DNA from: Gekko japonicus
Taxonomy: Eukaryota
Direction of reading: 5' to 3'
Assembly: GCF_001447785.1 (NCBI RefSeq)
Contig: NW_015173680.1
Coordinates: 650,557-714,556 of the forward strand
Length of the DNA: 64,000 nucleotides
Shown: positions 12,946-23,400 of the stretch, in pieces
Position numbering within the stretch: the stretch's first letter is position 1
Layout: every line of letters begins with the position of its first letter
The notes under the pieces: model-generated
The model's input: only the letters and a program-made list of their open reading frames with translations
The model's database searches: none
Told to the model about the DNA's origin: nothing
Position numbers and translations under genes: made by a program

Positions 12946-14179
12946 GTGTGGAGCCATGCTTGTGTGATATGAACCCACGGCCATGAACTAAGAGGCAGCT
13001 ATGGCTGCACACATAGTGACTACATGCCAGCAAGCCTACTGCAATCTCAGTTCTACTATATATGCTCATTCAATCCTGCTCATTTAGGTACAGTGCTAGA
13101 GCAAAAGTTCTGGAGAATACCTTTTTAGGTGTTCAGAGAACAGCTGCCTCCCAGGCTTCTTACACACCTCACCTGATGTAAAAGGATCATTCAACCTGAG
13201 TGGGGAGTTCTGGGTCTCTTCCCTTTGTACTTTAGAACTGCAGGTGTTCCCCCTTTTCATAGAACAGAGTATGAATCACAAAGCAGTGTGCTTAATATAG
13301 TACGGTACAGGTCTTGGAAGTAGTGGCTGATGTCCAAACTTGAGCTGCTACCATGGAGTTGCTAAAACTCTAGAACAAATGTGGAGACTGCCATCTAGAG
13401 GGGGAGGACAGGAATGCTGCTTGTCTCCCCCCACCTCATTTGCAGCAAGTTTCTGAAAGTGCTACAGTTCATACTTTAAGCAGTCAGTACTTTTAACACA
13501 TAATTTATTCAGCTGTATGACATAGGAATTTGATGAGTATTCTGACATTATAAAACATGGGCCCAAACTAAGCTCACATAGATGAGTTCTCTACTTCAAC
13601 CCTACATTAATCTTTAGATTGAATTCTGCTCATACTTATTCAAAAGGCTCACTGAACTGTGCTTACATTTTGATCCCATGCCTGTTTACTTGGAAAAAGA
13701 TCTTGCTGTGGCCTGTGAGCAAGTGCTCCCTTCTAAACTGGATGGCAAACACAGCATTACATGTAGATCTTGCAGCACCTCTGTAGTTCTGGGTACTATA
13801 TGTAGTATGGTGGTTTTGTTAGACATCAGTGTCCTTGTATCAGAGTGGCTATGATCAGTGCCCAGCTGTTAAGAAGAATGCTCTGCCATTTAAGTATTCT
13901 GTGTATCTCTGAAAGGATGTGGGATCCAGCCCAGCTAGAACACGGTTCCTTCTGACTTTTATTCAGGATGTTTAATGTTGAATTCATTTCCAAAATATTG
14001 AAACTCCAGAAGAATCGACTGCATTCTCGGCCCATCCCCAGCAGAGCCAAGATTTAGTTCATTTTGGCATCTTAAGATTGGTCCAGCACCAGTTGCAGGG
14101 ATAGTCACTTTGCTCAACTGAAACAAAACCATGATCCCTTTGAGTTTATTTATTGGCCTGTGTCTGATATCTGAAGGCC

Positions 14180-15847
14180 TCACCCAGAGCTAGCTTCTTC
14201 TTGGAATGAACTAGCTTCCTTAGCCCTGTTGTAAACAACACTGTTGTAGCCCTCTCGGTTACGGGCTATTTCGATGGCGAAGAACTGGATCCTGGTGGCT
14301 GAAAAGAAAAGTTTTCTTAGGGCAAGCAAGTTTGGTTCTCATGCCAGCTTCCAAGTAATAAAATTCCTTTGCACTGTGCTTTCCCCACACACACACAAAC
14401 ACACTCTAAATATGGGCAATACAGTCACTCCTTCGAAGGAGAACAGTAGCAAACCAAGAAGACTGGTGATGTGAGTACAGAAAGTTGTTGTAAGCACCCT
14501 TCACTTTTCCCAGCAACACAACATTTTCCCCCACCACGTCCAGAACAATGAACAAAGGCTTCCCCAGCAATAACCTCTTACCTAATACAGTGTTTTCTTC
14601 CGTGTAACCTTTGCTGCAATCCAGCCGTAGAAGAGTGCCGTAGTTAAAGTCTTCAACTACCCCATCAAATTGTAAGCAGAAGGGTCGCCATTTCTGAACA
14701 GAAGAGCTGGGATTAGCTTTCAGATCTAAAGGAGAACTTCCCAGCCACCGACCTCCTACCTCCTCCAGCACCTACCTCTTTAGCAGGTTCAGATTTAAGA
14801 TCCTCAGGATCAAGGACATCAATTTTAAGGTCTTTAAAGCTCTTCCTGAATTCTGTATAAATCTGGTCATCAGCTTTGGTAAGTTTCAGGAACTTGGGAT
14901 CAACTGCAGAAATGAGCTACAGCAGAACACATGCCAGGCATGTAAGAGATTAAATGAAACTTGTAAAAGAGCATATTAGCTTGCCCCATGATGAAGGCAA
15001 GACAGATTGTAAATTGTCTACAGTCTGTCTACTGGGTGGTAAACTAAGAAAGGCAAGCCCCAGCATCCCCTCCTCTAAACTTGGAAGTTGAACTAACCAT
15101 ATTAACAAAAGAACTGAGCTTGCATTCTTGCCACAGGTGACAGCTCAGAGCAAGAGCTGTCTGTCCTTGGACACACTGATCCACAAGGCAACTTGTTAAA
15201 ATTACAGCAAGTGTCTCCTTGTTCAGAAAGTTCTGCAGTTGTGAGGTATACCACCCCACTCCAACAAGAGCACGAGTGGGAGGAATTTAGTTCTTTTGCA
15301 GTCTAAAGGGGCTGTCGACAATAATCCAGAAGAGAGAGTAATCGCACCGGGGAAATAAGGGAGTGACTAGAACATCTGAGGATGACCGCCTGCAGTGGTG
15401 CCTGCTTTCGGGCTGAGACCCTAATGAAAGCGGGCCCCATGAGACACTAGAACCGCCGATGGTCCCGCCCGGGGCGCGCAATGGGGATCTCCCCCCCCCC
15501 CCCTGCGGCGCCTACTTACGTTACCGTAGACTTCGGCGTGCTGGTGCGCCTTCATGGCCCACAGCATCTCCACGGCGGGCTGCAAGTACACGTAAAGGGA
15601 CAAGTCAAGTCTCGCCGCCCGCAGGCCAGGAACCCATTCCGTGCCCTGCGCCATGTCCATACTCACATCGTTGCCGAAAGCCTCGGCTGGCAATGAAAGC
15701 GCCGCCGCTGCTTCCCGGACATCCTGCAAAGGGAACAGAAGCAAAGGCGAGCGTGAGCAGGCAGAGAAGAGAGCGATCGCGAGGACGGGGGATGCCGTCA
15801 CGGCCACTCACCACGGCACTCAGGCCGCCTCCCGCGTAAGCCGCCAT
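14180..15847 (-). CDS. PBDC1: Polysaccharide biosynthesis domain-containing protein 1 (CXorf26 homolog), complete, 6 exons, 174 aa
   Basis: Minus-strand exons 15847-15812, 15723-15667, 15579-15520, 14916-14776, 14693-14582 and 14298-14180, all GT-AG. Product: MAAYAGGGLSAV-DVREAAAALSLPAEAFGND-PAVEMLWAMKAHQHAEVYGN-LISAVDPKFLKLTKADDQIYTEFRK...KE-KWRPFCLQFDGVVEDFNYGTLLRLDCSKGYTEENTVL-ATRIQFFAIEIARNREGYN...SG*. Minus-strand AATAAA at 14145-14150 and 13958-13963. Confidence 0.95.
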
Positions 15848-16900
15848 GCTGCCCTGTCGCTTCCGGCGCGTTCTGAGCGCATGCGCTGCTCGGGCAAGAG
15901 CGCCTTCCACCTCCCAGTCCCACTGGTGGGCGGGGCCGAGAAAATGGAGGGCGCGCGGCGGGCACGTGGCTGGCGCCGTCGGACTCCGCTAGCTCCCCAG
16001 ATGCCGCTGGGACCGTCGCTCCGGGAAAGAGCCAGGAGACGGCTGGCTAGTGGAGGCTGGGCTGTAGGGACCTCAGGAGGCCCCCGCGAGCCCGTCAGTC
16101 TGAGGGAGGGAGCCGCCTCCGAAGTGCAGCTAGGCGAGGAGGCGTATGAGGCCCCTGCCCTCGGTGAAGGGGGTGGAACGTGCCACGGGCCTGGCTAGTG
16201 CCGGGCGAGAGCGGGCGGCCTGTCATTACTTTCCTCCAAGAATGGTCTCTAGGCTGGGAAAGGGGCTGAGGGAACGGCCGGGGAGCCTGCATCTCTCCCC
16301 CCCCCCCCCCCCCCCCCNNNNNNNNNNNNNNNNNNNNNNNNNNNNNGGGCCCGCCCCTCTTCCCCCCCCCCCCCCAACGCTCATCGACTGGGAAGCTGCG
16401 CTGAGAGAGATTTGGGGGCGGTTATTGGGTTCCCGCTTGTCGCCTGGCAGCTGAGAGGGCGGTGCGGCGAGGGGCGAGGTCGCTCCAGTCAAGTAGCCCT
16501 AGGTAAGCGCCCCTAAGTCAGTTCCAGCATAAGCTCTCTGGGCCGCGGCCCTCTGCTCCAAAGGCACCACCTCCTCCTCCTCATAGGTTTGGTTTAAAGG
16601 AAACGCCGGCTGAGGCGAAAGCACTTGACCGGGCTTTGGATGTGTAGCAAGCAACCCACTGTGAACCAGCCGCTGCGCGACGACAAAGTCGCACGGGTCA
16701 CCAGCGCCACGTTTAAATCGAGCCGCGGGCTTTCTCTGTCTGGGGGACGATGGTGCTACACACGTGGGGAAGTCCTGCAGCCACCCCTCCCGGGCCTGTC
16801 AATTCCCTCCCTCTGTCCCTCCTCCCTCCCTGCTAGGTGGAGGTTCCTTTTTTTCTCCAGCTGCTGAATGGCTTGTAGGGACACAATAAAGAAGGTTCTG
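15450..16900. promoter_or_regulatory. CpG island, likely bidirectional promoter region for PBDC1 and FGF17
   Basis: High GC and CpG. NRF1 palindrome GCGCATGCGC at 15877-15886, ETS-type CTTCCGG at 15860-15866, GC box GGGCGGGG near 15928. Lies between the divergent ATGs at 15847 (-) and 17421 (+). Confidence 0.75.
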
Positions 16901-17420
16901 CCCCTCCGAGCATCGAGTCCTGCAAGGCTGACCTTGGCCACGTTATGCTAGAAGTGGCTGTCTCTTTGGCTTGTGGGATCCTGGCAGTTTTTGAGAGCTC
17001 CTGGTGCCCTGAAGCCTCCTGTTGTGTTGGAGGGAGCTGCTGCCAGGCTACAGAAGAAAACTGAAGAGAGAGGAAAGGATCATGTTGTTGCGTGGAGGTG
17101 GGGGCGAGAGGTGACAGAACTACTGAAGACAAATCCTCAAGCGCAGCAAGGAGATGAAAAGAAAAGGAAAACAGGCTGGATCTCATCTAAGCTGTGCTAT
17201 TGGTTTTGTTTCAGGGCCTTTATAAATCATACCTGGGCTATCCAAGAAGTGGGAGGTTTTTAAAAATCTTTTTAAGCGTTTTGCTTGGGACAGAGCTTTT
17301 GCCCTGGAAATGATCAGGCATACAAGCTCATCACCCCGCCAGTGAGACGACTGAAAAAGCTGAGTGCTTTACTTTCATGAATTTCTCTTCTTTCCTTCTT
17401 GACAAGCGGTACCTTCCAGT

Positions 17421-20400
17421 ATGCTGCCTTTAAGCCTTCAGATGTTTTCCATGTAAGCGTTGCCCCTGCCTGCCACTCAGATAGGCATGTGCCAGTCTTT
17501 TGCAAAGAGGTTCAGTCATTATTTTTGCCATTATTCAGTTATGTTTGGTTCATCAGAAAGAAGCAATGCTCCAAACAAAAACCCTTGCATGTTTTTTCTT
17601 TTTGTTTCCACATGCAGATGTTTCCAGCTGCTAGTGCTTTCCTGTCAAACCCAGGTATGTTAATCATATGCTGTTGTTAATAATGTTGATAGATAATTAT
17701 GCATTTGGGGGTTGCTACTCTGTTCTTTTTGAAAATAGGCATATAAAGTCTCAATTCTGTAGTTAGTATGTGGACTGAAAATCACTGTCTGTTTTGGAAA
17801 CTAACAATGCAGTCCTAAGCGATATTACACCCTTCAACTCCATTGACCAGTGGATTTAGAAGGGTGTAACTTGGTTTAGGATTGCACTGTAAAGCAGTGG
17901 TTCACTGCCACCTCTTTCTACTATAAAGCTGGTGAAATGAAGGGCATTGTCTGTGTTTGTGTATTGTTTGAAAAGAAATGCGCTAATATAAGAAGTGGCC
18001 CTTGCTTTGTAGCTATTATGTAAAATAGTAAGGCAATGATAGGCACCTGGTAAATAACCCTGGTTCAGTCCATTTGGATCAGTCCTTCTGGGATAGCAGA
18101 ATCACTTTGCTACTTTAGACTAATATATGTTCTTGCTGTGCCACACTGATGTAAGAGTTGTCAGACTTCAGCCAGGTAATACTTCTGTACAAATTATTAG
18201 TAGCATGCTTGAACTTTCAGAAGGGAAAAATGTTAGTACTACTTTATTTAATGTTCAAAAAGTGAGGTAACTATTTTGCTTTACATGGTTATAAAGGGGC
18301 TGAGTACGATATGTGTGAAGTTCAGTGGATTTGCAGGATGGCCCATATAATGCATATAGTATGGCAAAGGTTCTTTGTAATACTGCAACTAGTAAATATT
18401 AATTGCATGTGATTGACATGGTTCAGATGCTCAAAGCATTTCATAAGCATCCAGCAATCCTTAAAGCTGGCAGGCCAGCATTTTATCCTTGTGCACACTG
18501 TTGGAGGTTTTCAACAGGAAATGTGTCCAGGATTGTGGCCTTTGTGTCCATGGGACTCATATATGTTCCCTTGCTCACTTTAGCCTTCGAACAGAGCAAT
18601 TCATGTCCTTGCTTCTCTTCTTAAAGCAGGGAATGTTACTCAGCCAAAAAAAAGAGAACCAAATCTTTAGCCATTGTCACCTTCTCCATAACTTTTAAAG
18701 ATGCAAGCCCCTTTTAACTAGCATGTTGTTGAAAAGGGGCAGTATGAAAATTGACTTCCATCACCTAGTGTTTAAAAGAGAAAGGAAGTAGTGTAACTTT
18801 GCCAGCAAGGCAGATAATGCTATTTTTTCCACAAGTATGTGGAACCTTTCTAAGGTAAATGTGTTTTTACTTTGAAAGCAAAATGGAAACAGCCTCTGAT
18901 AGCCCCACACACACACACACCACTCTAAAGCAAACCCTTCAAAAGTCCCTGGCAGACACAAAAAGATCTGCAATACAGTCTAGAGTGAAATTGGAAGGAG
19001 CACAATGGCGTCACGGCCTGCTCCCCTTGCCCCCTTCTCCAGAGAAGCTGTGGACCGTCCCCTCCACATTGATGGTGGGCAGCCTGGCAAAGGCTTGAGC
19101 CATGCTTGAGCTGCTGCGTGATGGGCAGCTGTCTCTGGGACCACTGAGCAGCCGTTCTTCCCGTGCCGACATGCTGGCGGTCTGGAAAGACCGCAGAGAA
19201 AGAATTCTGCCCCTTTCTTGGCTAGACCCCTCGTCCCCTTTGTTAGGAAGAGTTGGGGGGAAATGCTTTCTCTGTGTGTGCTGGAACAAGAGGATGCTTC
19301 TCAACAATGTTGCAGAGCTGAATAGGGAAAAGTAGGACTAGACCTGAGATTATGAATGAAGTGAATGCTTGCCAGAAAGCAGTAAGAAGCAGATCAACCC
19401 CCAAAGATGGCTCTTGCAGGAAGCACACTGAAGTGACCACAGACAGGGATTTTTGAATGCTGTTAAAGAGACAGGCACAGGGCATGATATTTGGGGGGGG
19501 GGAATCTCTTCTATCAAGTTATTGCACAAGAGACTTCCCCTTCTAGGCTGTGACTTATGTTTATTGCAAGTTCACTTTTCTGCCACAGCGCCAGTACTCT
19601 TGAGCCATTCTGGTCGGTGGCGCTGCATGGAACCTTTCAGAGTGTTTGTGCCAATATGAATGAGTGTTCACATGCTGTGCTGGCCATAGTGTTGCAGCAC
19701 TCAGCAGTAGTTTGAGGCAAGTGGAGTACAGAAGCATACGCCCATGAGTTTTTGCTTCCAACGAGTGTTGAAGAGTCATTTTACTCCTGTCCTGAGTAAA
19801 ACAGGAATCCTGCAACTCTGTGCGGAACTGAACTTCCATGCTACTGCTAAAGGCAGTATGGCAGAGGAAGCTCTCTACACCCCAGACAACTGGAGCATAT
19901 ATGCGATTGCTTTGTGCAGTAGCCTGCACCAAGGCCAAGAAATGGGTCTGCCTGCATACAAAACGAGACACACACGCATGCCTTTTCAGCGTTGTTTGAT
20001 TTGGCCACCCACAATGATCCCCCCAGCTTGAAAACCTTTGCTTAGCATTGGAGTTCTCTCTGTGTCTCAAACCTATAGAGCATGGAATAGCCAAGCTAAC
20101 ATGCTTGAGGGAAGCCATTGTTCTGCTGGAGTTTGTTTGAGGGCTGAAATGAAATTTTGCTCAGACTTGTTGCTTTTCTCATTTTCAAATTTTGATTTTA
20201 GGATTTGATTTTAAGTGAGCAAGCAAAGATCATTTATCTGAAGTGGATCAGTTTTAAGGCAATAATGTTGAAGTACCTTGCAAAGTTCGAGGCAGGAGAA
20301 ATTGCTTGTGAATTTTATCTTCCAAGTGATTTGGGGGGGGGGGGACACAATTTTCAATAAAATGTGTATGTGGGACTTAAATGCTGCTGAATCTATTCTG

Positions 20401-23400
20401 TTGTGTCTTGCAACAGAACTGCTTCCATCAAGGGCACCAAGGCAAGATATAACTATCCATGAATGGATTTGTTCCCTTGGATCAGTAAGGGCAAAGCCAC
20501 GACTGCTGTTGTCTCAGTTGTGCTTTCTATTTTGAACATAACAGGTGCCTTGCTGGATCAGAGAGTGGTCTATCTAGTCCAGCTGTGTCACACAGTGACC
20601 AGCCAGTTGTCCTGAAGGACCAAAAGGCAAGGCATAGAGGCCAAGGCCTTTCTCTGATGCTGCCTCCTAACATTGATTTGTTTCCATGGTATATGGAGGT
20701 TTTCTTTAGTCATCATGGCTGAGGCCACTGAATCTGTCTAACCTTTTATAGTTCTACCTGTGCTGGTGGCTATCACTACACCCCACTGGTGGTGAATGCC
20801 ACCATTTGATTACTCATTAAGTAAAGAAGTACTACCTTTTGTCCATCCTAAATCTATTGCCCATGAACTTCACTTGGTGCCCCAGAGTTCTAATATTATG
20901 AGAAAGGGTGAAAATGTTTTCTCTTCCCTTTCTCCATCCCCATAGATCAGTGGTATTCACTCCACAGCTCATAGAGAACCACATCCACAGTTACCATCAA
21001 CCAAAAGAGCCACATTTACTTCCTTCCCTGTCATTAGGCCTGTACCTCAGGGAGGCTCGTAGCTTACTTGTTCCTCTGGCAGGAGCTGTTTCAAGGTGAG
21101 AAACATTTGCCAACTAGAACTGCAATGCCCACTTTTCTGAAACTAGGGGCAGGAGCCCTGTAACTATCCTTCTCCTGAAAGTGCTGTGTATAGAGGTTCA
21201 GATCCACTCCTGCAAATACATAACCTCTTGACAGGCAGACACAGAGGGAGGGAAGGAAACGTGGCCACTAACCATTCCACAGCTCACTCAGCAGAGCTGT
21301 CATGATCTGGGTTGTGCCACCAGAGGCCTACTAGGGCCAGGGAGCCTGGCTAGCAGTAAGGGAGGCTGGGCCTACAAACCCCAGAAGGCCTTGAGAAGTT
21401 TTGGCACCAATTTTGACCAATACGGAAGAATAGGGCTGGGGATTATAGGAACTAGTACAAGAGGGAAAGCTGTTCTTCTTCCCAGGGAACAGAGCCAGAA
21501 GGGACTGAGGCTGCTGTGGGGAGGAAACCCTCATCCTGAGGGAAGGGTGAGTCTAAGGCCACTTGATAGTGAGGTAGGGACAATATATATTTAGACACAT
21601 TAGGGCATTTGATTTCTTTTCTTTTTACCCGCTTACTGTTGTTATTCTGCACCTTGTTTGTTTGACCTCCTATAAAATAAACTATTTTCATTGTTCACTC
21701 TCCCTGGTCCTCACGCTTATTATTCAGCCAAAAGGGAGGTCTAAAGGCCTGGGAGGGTGCTCTGGGCTCAGAGGAGCCTGGAACCAGAGTGGTGGCAGTG
21801 TCTGGTGACACCCCACCTGAGCTGTGACATGGTGGCTGTATCGGTGGGATGGACTAATTTTGGACCCTGGTGAGGCAGAGTGCCATTTGGCCTTGGCAGA
21901 TTTTTTGTTTGTTTGTTTTGTTTTTGTTGTTGTTGTTGTTTTGCTTTTGGTCTTAAGGAAGCCCCATTGTTTGAAGGTACTTGCAAGACCAAGTAAGGGT
22001 CTGATAAGGTGTGGTGAAAAGGTTTTGTTTATGTTCTAGTTGTCGGGTCAACTGGATAGTGAGGCAGAGTTAGATAGTGCATGTTCCTCCGATCTGGGAA
22101 AGAAAAATCAGAGGACACGCCTGTTGCCAGACGCAAGACCCGAATAGGGGCTGCAGGTCTCATGTCGGTGGAGGACACAACAGAGAAAACAATGGCATCC
22201 CTGAGTGTAGAGACCTTACGTCTCCAGCTGCAACTTAAGCAGGCAGAGCTTGAGTTAGAGAAAGCAAGGCTGCAGAAAGAGGAGACTGCAGCTAGGATGA
22301 AGATGGAAAGAGAAAAGCTGCAGAGAGAGGAGAAAGAGGCTGCAGCTAGGATGGAGATGGAAGAAGAAAGGCTGCAGAGAGAGGAGAAAGACTGCAGCTA
22401 GGATGGAGCTAGAAAGGGAGAGAATGAAGATGGCATACAAGCTTGAAATGGCATATTTGAGGCCCACCTTCACTTCCTCCAGATGCTGCCGTACAAGGGG
22501 ATAGAAGGAAATATCCTCTGTATAAGGAAGGCTGGATCGTGGAAGGTAGCTGTGCATGATTATACCCCGGTAGCCATGTTTGTGGGGGAAGATTTAGCGG
22601 AGCAGATGACTGTGGAACCCAATGAACCTGAGATGGCAGAAAAGGAGGCCAATCCAGAGGCAGATGTCTATGTGCAGTTCTTAAAGGACTTTGAAGATAT
22701 TCCTGAGCAACCCAGCCGGCAAATCGATGTCTACCAGCAGTTCTTAAATGACTTTAAAGATGTCCCTGAGGGAGCCTAGTCAGAAAACCAATGTCTACAT
22801 AGGTGTTAACCCGTCGTCGGTCTGAGAAGCAGCAGCAAGGTGAGCACACCCCGGCAACTTCTCCAGACCCTGTTGCAGAGCCAATGGTGGTAGAGTCTCC
22901 TCCAGTGACTCCAACTGCATTCCAGAAGGATCAAGAGGAGGACGCCAGCATGGAAGAAGTCCATATCAACTTTGATTCTATGATCCCATCTGGTTTGGGT
23001 GACTTTCCACACAACTATGCTGCTCAAACCAGTGAACAACAGCATCAGCAACCACCCCTAGAACCTAACACTACTGGGAAAACTGAAGATATGGCATTTC
23101 CAAAGTCCTTGGAAAGTAGTTCCACAGCTGGAGCAGAAAAACTGAGAGTTGTGAAGCAGCCTGAAGAGGAAGCAGAGAACAGTAAGCCGGCTTTAGTAAA
23201 TGACCATCGGAGTGGAGGAAATGAGAGCCAGTTGTTCCTCAAGACTGAGTTTGCAGTGCCAGTATAACATTCCATTAGTGTTAGTCACAAAAGTCAACCT
23301 GACAACAGCAGGAGAAGAGAATTTGATAAAGACTCTCTGGAGAGCTCTAGTAGCATGCCAGATCCAGTGGATCCTACTACTGTGACAAAAACATTCAAAC

